Below, in pieces: positions 28,534-43,236 of a stretch of DNA of 64,000 nt. The DNA lies in the NCBI GenBank assembly GCA_040954595.2, contig CM082590.2, positions 9,261,988 to 9,325,987 on the forward strand, written 5' to 3'. The DNA is from Balanoglossus misakiensis (Eukaryota; Animalia; Hemichordata). Numbering within the stretch: position 1 is the first letter of the stretch; each line of letters starts with the position of its first letter. A program made the position numbers and the translations under genes. Under the pieces are notes generated by a model that worked only from the letters and a program-made list of their open reading frames with translations, did not search any database and was not told the origin of the DNA.

Positions 28534-28920
28534 AACAATTTAATACATTAGTATATACGTATAATACACAGAGACTGCCTGTCACCATTTACGTCCAATC
28601 AGTCAGAATTGTTTTATCAGATGCCGACAGAGTGAAACAATAACTCCTCACTCCTGTTTGCTGACCACTTAACAAGCGAGTCTGTAATGAAACGTTATGC
28701 CTTCGGTATATTTACATCATTTTATGGCACTGAAGCTTTTCTGGGATCCAAACTCGTTAAAACACAAGCAGTGTTTTCTCTCATGTATTGAATGACTGCA
28801 TTTATAAGTGATGGAGGGGTTAACGACATTGATTATTAAAGTTCAAAGATGTTGTGGTTTCGGCCGGATCAGGTGTCTGAGTTCTCAGGATACCCACAAT
28901 GCATCACTACCATGATCAAA

Positions 28921-28989
28921 TACAGTCAAACCTGTCTATAGTGGCCAGTCAAGGGACTTTCCTAAACTGGCCTTTATAGACAGGTGGCC
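28921..28989. mobile_element. Half copy of the TA-CAGTC MITE family, inverted, running into a microsatellite
   Basis: TACAGTCAAACCTGTCTATAGTGGCCAGTCAAGGGACTTTCCTAAACTGGCCTTTATAGACAGGTGGCC. Confidence 0.75.
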
Positions 28990-29041
28990 TCCTCCTCCTC
29001 CTCCTCCTCCTCATCATCATCATCATCATCATCAACATCAA

Positions 29042-29076
<35 letters not shown>

Positions 29077-29158
29077 ACATCATCAACATCATCATCATCA
29101 TCATCAACAACATCATCATCATCATCATCATCATCATCATAATCATCATCACCATCAT
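28989..29158. repeat. (CCT)n-(CAT)n trinucleotide microsatellite
   Basis: Direct reading; source of the poly-M and poly-D pseudo-ORFs. Confidence 0.95.
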
Positions 29159-30294
29159 TGATAAACAGAAAGACTAATGCAGTGGTTGACAACTGCAAGT
29201 GCGTAAAGTCAAATTTGAACAGTTCCAGTGAAGTTTTTTAACTCCACAACAGAGACAAAATCAGTCTGAATTTCCATATACCAAATGGGACCAAAAAATT
29301 CTAAAAACGTAGTGAACAGTTACAGCTAATGGAGCTTTGAGAAACACACCACATCACCAATTTCATTCCTATAAATAAACTACACAAGAAACAAAGAAAG
29401 AAATTTGAAAAGACGCTCACTGAGTAGTCTTTTTATTCGCGAAGAGTAGATCGAGACAATTGATCTTTCAAAAGTGGCACAAAGACATCCCCGGACGATA
29501 TAACAATTTTGGAATTAAGCAATCACAAAAATTGCTTTTAAAGGATTAACTAGATATTATCCAAGTCAGCATGTAGGATGCCAGGAGAAAGCATTGAACT
29601 CTTAAGAACGGTCGTGTCATCGCGTTACCACGACTCTAAAGCAAACAGATTATACATGGCAGTCTTTTATAGAACCTTTTAAATGTGAGACAAAATAGAA
29701 GAGCTTAATACAACGTTGAGTAAATAATAACACTTGGTATGTGTTATAATGCATACATTTCAGTTTGTAGATATCAAGAAATTGAAGTTCTTTCACTGGA
29801 ATCTCAGGGACAGGGTTATTTAAACATGTACATGGTTTAAGCGCGTTTTATATTTCTCAAAAAGAGCCATTTTGAAATTTAAAATATGAAAATTTCCATT
29901 ATACATCAAAAACAACTATTCCTGAATCAAAACTGTTATTCAAATACCAAGATGTAATAATATCTTAATCTCTGACACAAAAGATTAATCTGTTGCTATG
30001 GTAACTATTTGATTAAGGAGGTAAAGTCAGAATATAATAACGCCACTTCCTATATTCTGCCATTAACTGGTGTGCTGAGGAAATAGTAGAGAATTTCAAA
30101 CTCAAAAATAATAAGATAACCATGGCGACCATTTCCACTGTGTCAGTCATATTGATTGAACAGAGGAGAGCTTCGTGTTCGCAAATAAAACCCAAATCTA
30201 ACACAGTACATTTACAGAAGATTAAATAATTAATGATATTTTTTCCGTGTTTTATAGAGAATCTCAGGTTGTCAACCTTAGGGTTTATTTTACT

Positions 30295-30507
30295 TTAAAG
30301 GGAAGCGGTCGTCATGCCGCGTTTGTTTGTTTATAAACATTAGAGTTCATCCACAAATCTCTGAAATTAGATAATTCTTAGAATGATTGAAGCAGCCAAC
30401 CGTAGCGTAGACTGGGCATGACAGCAACTGAAGGTTTGGGCTGGTATTGGAGGACATATTCTCATCAAGGGGGACACCAACGCGGCGCGACGACCCCTTC
30501 CCTTTAA
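30295..30507. mobile_element. Second Kolobok-like MITE family member
   Basis: TTAAAGGGAAGCGGTCGTC ... GACGACCCCTTCCCTTTAA, 18 of 19 inverted match including TTAA. Confidence 0.75.
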
Positions 30508-33500
30508 ACTCCACGGACTCTGTTTGTGGGGTACTAAAACTTAAAGCCTGCAACGACACTGGATGTATATAAAATTAATTTCCACTTCATCATTTACAGT
30601 AAGAATAGTACAATCAACAGCATTGGGAGCAATAAAAAGTGAACATCAAACATCGCGAACTCTGCTACGAAAAAGGGGAAGTTTCCTTTTTCTAACCGCG
30701 TTGCTCTTTTTTGACGAAATACGAAGTGATGGGCCGAGCGAATCCTTTTCGACCAATTCTGCCCTTCAGCCACGATTCCATTTAACCTCATTCAAACAGC
30801 ACTCAGGAATTCATTGTCGAGCTATTAAAGGGACTCTGTATAGCGGCCCAGTCGCAAACACGCCCCCAAGAACGGGATAACGTCGCCAATTACGCCCTAT
30901 TATGCATTCGCCCCCTGTCAAACCAACAACTGGCAACATCGCCACGAGCCTATATTACACACTCATCACTCCCAATAAGCGAACCAAACAAAAGGGCTTC
31001 GGCAAACACCCCATCCTGGCTCTTCCTCGTCACAAATTTTCTGACAATAAAGCAAGTACTAAGAGATCCCCAGCCGTCAAACTCAATAGCAAAGTGTGCA
31101 AACACATGGATAATCACACCAATACATTCTTTACAAATTCTCTATGTTTGCTCAAACCTAAATTAGTAAAACACACAAAATATACCTGCAAGGGTGCGGT
31201 GAGCAGATTTCTATGTAGCTAAATGCGTGCATGTTACGAGCGTTTCTTTTTTCGCGGATAACAAAAAAATGATTTAACGCTGCTCATATTTCATTCTGAT
31301 TATGGAGCAATGTACATACGATTGTTTTAGAGCAGTCCTCTACCTTCATCAAGATAACGACAGCTAGCTACATACAGCTAAGCAGAATGAGGAAAAATAA
31401 ACGAAAAATTACAGAATATTTGATATTTGCAAAGCAATATCAGTGACAAATATATTTCCAGTTAAAATCACAAAAGTATATTTGATCATTACAACATTTT
31501 GATCGCACATGATAACAAATGTGTAATTAACATTTTTCTTCACATTTATCTCATTTCGGGCATTTGGTTACTTTCATCAAAAATTTTGATCAAACAGTTG
31601 AGTTACAAAATCCTATACAGAAAATTTCTGCTTTAAACCCAGTGGATAACCTACAAATAAATGTGAACATGACCGTGGAAGCACAGGCCGTAATTTGATC
31701 TTATATTTTTCGTTTTATTCCCATTTCTATTATTTTTTTATTATTCCATCACTCCAAAAGGGCACTTGGTGTAATTATACGCAAAAGTAATCATTGTTTA
31801 TTTGATGATGAAAATGATACTGTAAATCAAGAAATCTTATCTATCGATGCAAATTAGTCCCCGATCTACATTTGTAATAATTTCTGTTTTCCATCCAACC
31901 ACTCGAGATTCCGACAACCCTTGCGCGAAATCTTTCATTCTCAACAATCACTGCAGCTGCCCTCAGCCTTTTGACGGACGAAAACCCAATTATGTATCGG
32001 CATGGCAACCTTTTCACCGCATAATTAATTCGCCTTCACGGAAAACCGGCAAACTCACAAGCGGCGAGTCAGAAGTCATTTAATCTTGAATTTCTCGTCG
32101 TTTGTGAAAAGCGGGTCCTCGTCCTCGTCGTTGTTCGAACGAAATACAAGACAAGTGCTCCAGAGAGACAACCTCGGGAAGAAAAAAAAACATTGATTGC
32201 TGAATAATTGTAGCGGACAATTTACTTGATTTGGGTAATAAAGGGCAGCAATTACTTCATTTTGAACAAAACAGCTCTTAGACATCATTATTGGTGGCAA
32301 TCAGTCGCAACCGATGCGCGGACCGAACACTAGGACCTCTTATTGCTGTTACAATTCTACGCAGATCAGGCAATTGCGATGATATTCAGCTTTATTCCAC
32401 GTAGATCAGGAATCGCGATGTTTCCCCTGATATTTGCTTCAGTTCGACTACCTTTCAAATCTGATATTTGAGGATGTACGATTAGTAAAATCGAAAGTAT
32501 AGTTATTTCTTTATTTGCTGATTTTTTAAATCTCTTTTATATCAAAAATGTTTTTAATGGATCACTGCAGATCTAAATTCCGATCTGGACTAGTTGGCAA
32601 TTGGACATGTTTTAGTCAGTACAACAAGAAACAGTAGTTGTTGAACAGAACAGTAAAATAATCATCCAAAGTTACAGTTACTGTCCCCTTAAAAAAACTG
32701 TCAATGAACTCTGTCACTTCGATTTGCTGATACCCCATCACAAACATTTCACCGCATTCTTAAAATCTTTTAAACTTTAACCTGAGAGACAAAAGCACAC
32801 TTGCAAGACAATTTTAATGCCATTTTAAGGAGTTGAAGAGGAACGATTGAAAGCTAGTTGTTTGATTGACTGAAATGACATGTTGTGGAAATAATCAGTT
32901 TGGAGTGTTTCTGCTGACAATGACAGATCTGATGTTTCAACCTTTCAACATTCCAGGAAGTTCTCTCTAAAGTAATTCCAATTTTCAGAAATTCCACGTT
33001 GTCTATCATCCATTTATGACACATAAATGCACTGTGGTTATCTGTGGCTGCTGATTGGCTAATGACTGACCATCTGACTGATCACGTGATGACATCATAT
33101 AATTCCTGGCTTGTCATTGGTCAATCTGGCCTTTGAAACAAAAGCTCCAAATGTAACAAATCTTCCTATTGGCGTTCAACTGACTGATCACATGATACTG
33201 ATTAGCAATCAGGTTGTTGAATCTACATCACTCACTAACAGACACTATGTACAGCAAAGGGGAAACACTATTGGATCAAGTATAATTCATAACATGCACC
33301 TTTGTGTCGATGAAAAATCGCTAATTGACCACTTGACACCAGTTGCCCTTCTGAAATGCTTCACAAAAACCCAAACCAACCAAGACTCAAGAAGCATCTG
33401 CTCATTTAAAAATTATCGTAAAAGCCATGACTCCATTTTACTTTTTCAAAAACTTCTTAAGTGCACATTCACGAATGTTAAATCAACCCCTGCTCGCTGA

Positions 33501-34673
33501 AAAACCACCGCCTGTCACTTCGAATCTCCACCCCTGTGAAGAAAATGAGCCGGCCTTAATTATTTAAATGGATATGCACACACTGCTCGTTCCATTCTGC
33601 AAAGAAGGGGGCCTTGACCAAGTCACCCCCTCTCTGACCCAACAATTTACGCAAACTGACAGAGCGTAAATAATTCCAGAACTGACATGTGTGTCTCGGA
33701 AGTCTGCATGTCTCCTATAACAGCTTAGAAACAGCAAAACCATGAAATTTTGACATTATTTTGATGACAACCTTCCATTCCACAGAATGCATGCTGAACA
33801 TTAAAAACTACCGTAGAAAGTTTCACACAAAAATCTGGGAAGAACACTGGTATTTATCAAAATTTGATAAAATATGTGGAAAAAGTTATGGGGGTTTATT
33901 TTTTGAACGATGACAATAACTCGACTGTGGTGCTGAAAGGGTTAAATACAGCAAGTAAAAGCGATGTGTAATGTATGTATTCAGATGTGTATACCCAAGA
34001 ATGCAACTAGACCAAGGAGTTTGTCAAATTCCACAAAAATTCCCGGAAAAAGCTAAACTATATCTCTATCTTTACAAGGTCAATGTCACTTTGAGAAATA
34101 TCAAAATTACTTCCTGTAAATTGTGATCCAAGCCTTCGATTTAGGAGAGATCATCCGGGATTTTTAACAAGAAATGGATGCATTTTTCCACCGGAATCCC
34201 GTTCCCAACCAATCCCTACAGACTCCATGACAAAGCTGGCAGATTACGTCTTAATGAAATGAACAAATTTACCTGAATTAATTAAGCCATCTCTTCGCGT
34301 TCTACACAGACTCGTCACCGAGGATGCTCACGTCTCCCGACGGACCGTGTAAACTCGCGCCGCAAATTTTAATTATGTACGGAGTCTGGGAATAAAGTCT
34401 TCAATTTGGATGCCTTATTTATGCCCGTCACAGGGTATTAATTAATTATGGATTGTTGCCACATGAGCAGGCATTCCTTCGGGGGTTTGTATGTCCAGTT
34501 TCGTCTCGCACTGTCGTGTCACTGCCAAATTGTTCGGATTTATTTAAAGCCCCTGAGCTGCCAAATTTCACATATTTTTTTCCTCAATAAAATACTTCCA
34601 ATATATTCCCTATCCTTTGAAATCCCCACCATTAAGCCATATTACTTGCATTTGCATCAGTTTGTCATCTTTT

Positions 34674-34775
34674 GAACGAAAGAACGAATGAACGGACGAA
34701 TATGAACGAATGGATGGATGGATGGATGGACGAATGAATGAATGAATGAATGAATGAATGAACAAATGAATGAAT
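34674..34775. repeat. (GAAC)n-(GGAT)n-(GAAT)n microsatellite
   Basis: Direct reading. Confidence 0.9.
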
Positions 34776-36914
34776 GTAAGAGGCTGAACTCATGCCGGCA
34801 AACGATAATACATACAAAATGCACTCACATGCACACACTGGGATGTGCTCATTACTGGAAACAGATCTCGGCTTAATTAGATTAGATTCTAATTACCTAT
34901 ACTTCACAATTAGTGTTTAATTACCTACAAAAGTAAATTAGCAGAGACATATTCTGTTTTTGGAGTCACGTATTTACCGAACCATGTCTGACAAATCCAT
35001 AGGGATAATCTGGTTAGGGCATTTACATATATACCAAGCATGAATATTCCTAAAGGAAGCATAAAATACTTAAATCTTTTCCTGCTATCCTTAGCCATTG
35101 AAAAACACCATCTTGAATTTGTGAAGATTCTATTAGGCATGTGTGCATACCACAATGACCATGTGCACTTGCAATAGTTCAAGAGGCTGAATAAACTGGT
35201 GTGGCACCCATTTATCTTTTACTAGTTGAACAGCCACAATCAGGAGTTAATGAAATATGTTTGTCTATATGCGTCAGGAAGCTTTAAGTGCACCAATCTA
35301 AGTTTCAGAGTAAAAATCATGACAATAATGCAAAAAGTGGCAGTTTCTGGGGCTTTAAACACACCACTGAATAAGCAAATTACAACCACTGTCGTCATTA
35401 ATTTCCCAACTCCTTCAAAGTACTGTGGCCCTTTAACCCTTCACACCCAGACCTCCAGGACGTGAACGTTCCCGCTAGGTTCAAAAGATTAAACTACTTA
35501 CAATCGTAAATTTGAACACCCTCGCCGAACGATGTGCAAATTTATGTCGCAGTTGAACCCTGGAGCGAACACGTACATAGCAGGTCGCGCCATTCTACGC
35601 ACAAGTACACGATAAGTACAAGTACCTAACCCAACTTCCATGATCTAAACTTCCATAATGTACCCCAAGTCTGATATCTGAACAGCCATTTTTGTCTTTT
35701 TAGAAGTACAACCTGATTAAACTATGCAAGAAAAATTAACACAGAAATAGGAATTATTTTACGAAATACCTTAGACACCACATCAATTTGCATCCCGATA
35801 GAGAAGAATTTTTGTATAGTAGAGGCGGTGGTCAGATGAATATTTCCAGAAACTGGTTCCTGATATAACTCAAACATCCTTATTTACATTTTATATACAT
35901 GTACATGATCCTGTACATTTTTATTTGACCTTTGAACTTATTTCCTCCGTATACATCATTATCGACTTCCTAAACGCACTCTAGAAGTGTCCTTGACATA
36001 TGACATCGTCAGAAGGTTAAATTCAGAAGAGTTTATTAACATCACTGCCGAACACAGATCCATCAGCTGACCTCTTATATCACTGTATCGAACGTATATT
36101 ACAAAGTGTCTATATTCTCAATAAAAATAAAAATTTCTATCGTTGAAATGACAGTCTGCACATATTTTTCAATTAGCCGCCACATCTGTCTAATCTAATT
36201 TCCAATGCATGGGAATTTCCCGCTCATTAGATTTAATCCACGATAAATTTGCATGCAAATTCACACCGAAATAGTCAACCAATCAATCACTGTCACCAAA
36301 TAATAAATTTAATGACCTGGGAGTCAACATAATCCAATATAACCCTGGATGGGGTCACAGGTCATGTAAGAATGGGGTCATCTGTGAGGGACACCAACAC
36401 AATATTATTACACCGTAATACACGTAACAGGTTTCTTTCTAAAACGACAAAGACTCAAAACATCTAAAAGTAGTAGATATTACAGCAATGTTTTTCTTCA
36501 TGGAAATCATCTTTTTTCTCTCAAATTTCCATCATGTTTTAGTCAAATACTGATAGCTGTAGTATCACTATGTTTCTTGCTACCAAGACAACAGAAGATG
36601 TGAAAGAGCTCACACTGATGACAATAGACTTGTCCAGTTTCCTTGTGTGTGTATGCATCTTTATTTCTCACAACCAGAACATCGTATTATCAATGACAAT
36701 GTACAGTTTGCAGGCAAAAACACAGTGGACAGAAATGCTGCCCTCCAGTGGCAAGTTCCAGAACACAAGTTCATGTGACACTTGTCAATCAATTCCAATC
36801 AATTAGATAGACAGCCCATTCAGCTGGCTCTACAACTTCATCTCCTGCAGGGAATACTCAAATGACATCATCAACAAAGTCAACAAGTTCAATCGACTCA
36901 GACTGTCTGATCTC

Positions 36915-37020
36915 TTAAAGGGACAAAGCCTCTCTCTCTCTCTCTCTCGCTGCACTGTTTTCATTAATTATGTTTGATACAAGACACAGTTTATGTTATG
37001 TGGTTATGTAGTGAATCAGT
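36915..37020. mobile_element. Partial copy of the 27197-27470 MITE family
   Basis: TTAAAGGGACAAAG-(CT)n-...ATTAATTATGTTTGATACAAGACAC matches the left end of the full copy. Confidence 0.7.
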
Positions 37021-39343
37021 GGACTAAAACACAAAGTTCTCTTGACTTCAAGTATGTTGTTCACAAAACAAAACTTTGTTGACCATGATGAAACAGAACA
37101 TTTCCTCATCCAATATAAATGGATGCAAGACCTTTACAAGGGAGCAAACATATTATGATATAGACATATTTCTTCGAAATATATGTGCTTGCAAGCAATC
37201 ATGAGGAAAGTACTTTTACTCGACGCTTGTGTTCTGATGCAAGGAATATATAATACTTGCTCCAGGGGAATCTGGTACTTACTTAATCAAAATCCGCAAA
37301 TTTAATTTTCTGATGAAAGAACACGCAAGGCAGTCAAACTTGATTGAATGCGTCCATTCTCCTTCTCTCACGCAGAGCAAATATTCAAACGATGAGATGT
37401 ACGTAATTTTTCAGGGTACGTAACTTTTTATACATATACCATTCATTGCTGCACTTTAGGGGAATATGTGACTACAAGTCATGCAGTTATTTTTCAGGGA
37501 AATGTTACTTTCTAAATTTATGAATCATATATTTGGAGTGTTTCGTTGTCACTGCAGTGTTAATTATGAATGGAAAAGACTTTTAACAAAACTGTTAATT
37601 TGATTATGATGAATTCAGTAATTTAAGAATGGTGATTGGGTTCGTTATGCTTGAGCTTGTCACACCTCGTGCATGGCGTGGTCATTAATTAGCGAATACT
37701 ATTGCTACACTTCGTTTCAGCTACCATGATTAAGTTTTGGATCAAATCTACGCATTTAATTGGGTAATTTGATTGTGGAAATTTGCATGTTTCAAAGGTG
37801 GAAATGTGAGTATACGTATATCAATGAAAATACATGTATATCTGTTGAGGTGGTATGTTCACAGCCCCCTCTCTGGTAAGACCACGCATTCTACAAGTCG
37901 CAGACATCTAGCTGGGAAAAGTCTTAAACTTCAAGAAACCCTTCTTACAGCAGTCATTACTTCAAATCATTTTAATGCTATCATCTAGAACAAATATCCA
38001 TTTTTCTCAACACTGGTGTTTTATTGAGGAAAATCTACATTAGTATTTGATTGTGCAGTATCTTGGCAACAGACACGCAACTGAAGTGGTTGGCGCCCTC
38101 TACAGTTCATCCAACAAGATACTTTTGTATGCTTTCCGCAGATTGTCAAGTTTCCCGTCTCCACTGTCGCTTATCATTTTTTCCCTGCTCAAGTTCCAGG
38201 AATGAGCAAACACAGGCAAAAATCTGGAATCAGCCAGGCCTTGATACCAGACTTGTACACAACCTCCAGCCAACTGATATTTTAATATCACAACATATAA
38301 GCCTGTCGTGTCACGCAACTCTATTCAACATCAAGTTTAAAACAAACAACACACAATTCAATTATACAAGGTTTCCTAACAACTGTGTAGTGATTCAGTT
38401 ACAAACTTTGCTCATTAGTTGAACAAACAAAACATATGGATCCAGTATTAAGAGGACAGCTTCTGCATTTAATTGCATGTAAGTGCAATGGCCTTGGAAC
38501 AGGCAAAACTGACAGAGACTGAAACCACACATTCTCAAGACACGCTGTCACGACCGAGTGCAGACATCACCTGAAACTGGGTCACCCCAACTGTTTTTAT
38601 TTATTCATGAGGTCCCACAGAGGTCGACCATCTGAAAACCCTTGAGAAACTAAACTGACGTGTATTTGAGTAGTTGAGACTCACAATAAGGAAGTCCTTT
38701 GAAGTCACACAGCTCCTTCAAGACATCCTGACAGATTTTCCCACGCCATGACAATCGCCACCATGGATCTTTAAACTTTCAAAGTTTTTGAGATCTGACA
38801 AATTATTCTATACACGCATATTTTCCATTCACCAAATGCATAGATTTATTTACACAGCTGACTTACGACCTTGCCTGACCTTTGACAAATCTCAAAACCC
38901 CGACAGCCTGCAATAACCCATTCCAGAGGTGGCCAGGGCAACCGAGCTGCCATGGATACTGTATTTATGATGCTCCATACGAGATCATCTCAGAATATAA
39001 TCCCATAAACGTCAAACTAAAAATGAACAAGAGTGGCTTTTACAACGAAAAGTGGTCCATTTAAAACAAGTGCTTCTTCATCACTCGGATGAGGTCGAAG
39101 GTCACTGTTGATGTTTCGAGGGGCCACACAGAAGGTTCCTTGATGGAAATAGACATCACAATACACCATCACATGGAGACCCCACACTTCACACTTACAC
39201 TTTATTTCCCACATAAATTTCTAAGTCATCACACTGCAGACGTCTTGAGTGGGGTTCTCACATTGTACACGCAATGAAAATTGTTACACTGCTGTCCCAC
39301 TCCTAAAGTTCTCCAATGTGAAATTGCACAGGGACTGTAACAA

Positions 39344-39388
39344 AGTGGCCACTATATAGAGGTGGCCACTAACACAGGTTTGACTGTA
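39344..39388. mobile_element. Terminal fragment of the TA-CAGTC MITE family
   Basis: AGTGGCCACTATATAGAGGTGGCCACTAACACAGGTTTGACTGTA. Confidence 0.65.
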
Positions 39389-42300
39389 TATACCAGGTAT
39401 GAGACGAAACACTGGCCCCTATCAACTGTTTCTGAAGTTAAGATTTCTGTGAAATGGTACATCGAAAGAGATTTCTCGACAACGTCAGTTTCAAAGTAAA
39501 CACACGTAATACGCCCTCTATGGTTCATTTCAAAAACAAGTTCAAAGGTTACGACAGGAATGTAGTACACATATGTGTTTCGACTAATGACCTAGCCAGC
39601 AACACATGTATAACAATTCATACGCTTCAACGATTTTTTGAAATTGTCACGGGAGTTCTCTGGGTCAGTGATTCACAATATCAACATACCCCAAGCGTCC
39701 CATCTGAGATGCAGACGTACTAGTGGGTCAAATTTAATGAGGAATGACAGAACAGGTGTACATCTAATTCCCTACAAAGAGAGCTGGCTTTCAAACAATG
39801 TGCACTTGGGTAGCGAGAAATCAAGCTTGAAGTTGAACAAATATTATCTTTTCATTTTTAGCCATATGTTTAACCGAACTGTCATGTCAAACATCCTGGT
39901 ACCTGGCATTAGATATGTGAGTGGTTGGAAGTACAAGTACAAACCCCTGGACCTATTTCAGACCATTTTTTCTCTCAAAAATATACCCTATTTTAGACCA
40001 ATTACTGGGCATGTATGTTTTACCGTTGGCCCTACAAGGCTCCATCGTTAATCCACGTTGAATCAGCAGAATCAGAAACGAAATGAAACCGAGAAATGTG
40101 ACTTAAACATAGCGAATAAAGACAGAACTACTTTAAAGACGCAGTATATGTATTGGCAAATACAGTAAGAAGTATGGTAGTACTTTGAGAGTTTGAGAGC
40201 CCAATGTGTGTTTAGTTTTGTCCACGTACGTGCCACGCAATCTAACTGTCCCAGGGTATAGAATTTCTTTCCAACAACTTCAGGTCGAAATCAGCAAATG
40301 AATGCTTACACGTAGCGTGATACAAAGCAAATGGAAATACCATGTTAACACTAAGTCCATATTCTATCACACTTCTTTTAGTTATACAGCGACACGCCAC
40401 ACGTACTCTCTGAATGAAACCAATCAACTCGCCACATGTGAATTTGCGCCAGTTGCCCGACAATTACGCAGTAAATCAACCGTCTGATCACGTTGTAACT
40501 AAAACGACAACCGTCCGAAAACCGTCGAATCACACAAACCATCTAATTTGTGTATGAAAAGATATGCATATTAACAATATACGTATGAAAGAAGAAACCC
40601 TGTTGAGAGTTCGAATTTATACTTTTCGTATACAAATAAGTTACAAATGGTGCGTCGTTTGCATATATTTACATATGACAAGGAGTGACTCAATCTTGCT
40701 TCATTTACATTTACTGGACCCCATACTTCACGATAATCTGCATATGTCGTGTTTCGATACAAGATTTCAACATTCTCTCTATTACTACTGTAAAATGTCA
40801 AATTCTTCAAGATAACAGTAAACTGTGAACTGTATCAATTCAATTTTAATGTCATATTGATGGTTTGGTTTGATTTTTCGGAGGAGAGGTACTTTTCATG
40901 ATAATTAAGAGTGTCTTTTACATTTTTCGTAGAATACATTTTATATCTTGGCCTTGATCTTAATCAACTGAACCCTTCCATGAATAAATGATCTATTTCT
41001 ATACAACAACAGCTGTGGCATCTGTTGAAATTTCAAAAATTACGATCACAGAAGTAGATGATCAAATAAAATACAGCAGACAGGATGTTCTTTTACGATT
41101 CACCGTTAATATCAATATTTACCTTTCAAATATCGGTCATAAAATTTTCATGTCCAAAAATTCAGAAATATGGTCGTTGTTCCACATTAGATCACTTTAT
41201 AAGAACTGAAATCAAGCGATAAAACAGCCATCCATTAAAGAATTTTTCATACACCTTTGTTAATAAAAGTAAAGAATTATTGCCTAGAAGCATGCGAAAA
41301 ATGTTAATGTTTTTATTTCATTTTAGCTTCCAGTTTTACTACCGATAAAATATGTGATTATTTGGTGGAATGTGTGGTGAACATGTGATTAAAATTACAA
41401 TTCACAAAGTAAATACCAGAGTTTAGCAAACATGACGAGACTGTTGAACCTGTACTGTACACACCACATAAGAGAAATCAGCTGAGCAGAAAGTCATTAG
41501 ATGAATTATGTAAGCTCCAGTATTATTCCACATGAAATGAGCAAATATCAGATTTAAAATGCCTCTTTCGTATTCAGTGTTGACAAGGTACAAACATTTT
41601 GGTGGTGTGACAATATGGATAACTGCAGGGGTATGATCTGGGCAGGATGTTGCACCATCTGATATAATGGCCACTATTGGCCACAAGCATAAGATCTGTA
41701 TTATTCCACATGGCACAATGAAAGTAACAGTGCCCAGACCATTTATCAAAAGACAAGGAAACCATATGTGACTGCATTCCTGACCAAAATAATTGGCCGA
41801 CAGATGATTGACCCAAAATGGAACACCAGAGGTTTATTAATACAAGCATCTGACCAGTGACTTCATCCATTTGTTAACAAGAATTTTCATTACAGCAGTG
41901 AGATACACTAAGCTATCTTAATTACAGCAAATGAAAACTTAAGACATGCGCTTAGCATGTATAATCTGAGACACCTTGATTGATTGGCTGTGGGAGTTAG
42001 AAGACCTGGTTTTGCTAAAGGTGTAACCAATTAAAAATCGACAATGAACACCTATATGCACTTTGTATTATATGTGTGTATTCACAAAAACATCAACAGT
42101 TCATACATGGCTCTGGAAAAGATATTAAAAATAAAATTGCCGGAAACTATGTTTGTAGCTGCAAGCAGTTTATAATGTCAACATATTACACATATCATGT
42201 ATCTTTCCCCTACGTTTTTATCCTTCCTCCCCCTTTTTCTAGTACTTTAGCCCAACAGAAACACTAAAAGAAGGGCTTAACCACTATATAAAGGTGATAA

Positions 42301-42657
42301 CACACTGAAGGAAACAATGTCACTGTGGAAACAAAACCGTCTGTCACACTCCCTGGCAAGTGACCCAACAGAAAATATATTACAAGGAAATTCTATCTGA
42401 CAGCTTGTTAATGCCATGGTCTGTGTATAATCGGGCTTTGCGAGTTCAGCTTTTAACAAGCCCTTGTCGATACTGACCATAATTTAATGGGTTGTTACAT
42501 GTGACAGGTGATATATAGACTGCAATGTGCTGTGGTCTTTGGAGAATTAAGTCACTATGGAAAATAAACTTCCTACAATTGAGTTATGTGTGTAGCTAAA
42601 TTGCTCATATATTCTACACTTTATATGTGTATTTACAAATTACTTGTACGTAATGGA

Positions 42658-42830
<173 letters not shown>

Positions 42831-43164
42831 GAGAAACTTATTTCAAGGTGCTTATGAACCTTCGACTGCACAAGCACATCTAAGATTTCCATGTTCCGGG
42901 TCTAAATCTATCTGAAGGCCATTCACGAGATTAAAAAGGCATGGCAGTCTTTAATTGCACGACTTAAAACGCACATTTAATTCAATAATCCTAGGTTAGT
43001 TCCCCCTTGGGAGGTTTCGTATTCAGGTGTAATTTCATTTGCACAAAAACCCTGAGCTGTGACATTCTTGTACACAACTACAACTGTACTTCACCAACTG
43101 GCAACAAAACGTTGATATCTTAATTATAATATTGTTGCCTATTACAGAGCAGATTAATGACTAA

Positions 43165-43236
43165 TGGCCACCCCTCTATATAGAGGCCAGTTTGGGAAAG
43201 TCCATTGACTGGCCACTATAGACAGGTTTGACTGTA
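43165..43236. mobile_element. Partial copy of the TA-CAGTC MITE family
   Basis: GGCCAGTTTGGGAAAGTCCATTGACTGGCCACTATAGACAGGTTTGACTGTA, nearly identical to 11086-11137. Confidence 0.72.

Noticed and set aside
28949-29198. Poly-Met and poly-Asp ORFs
   Set aside because: (CAT)n/(CCT)n microsatellite with no splice context.
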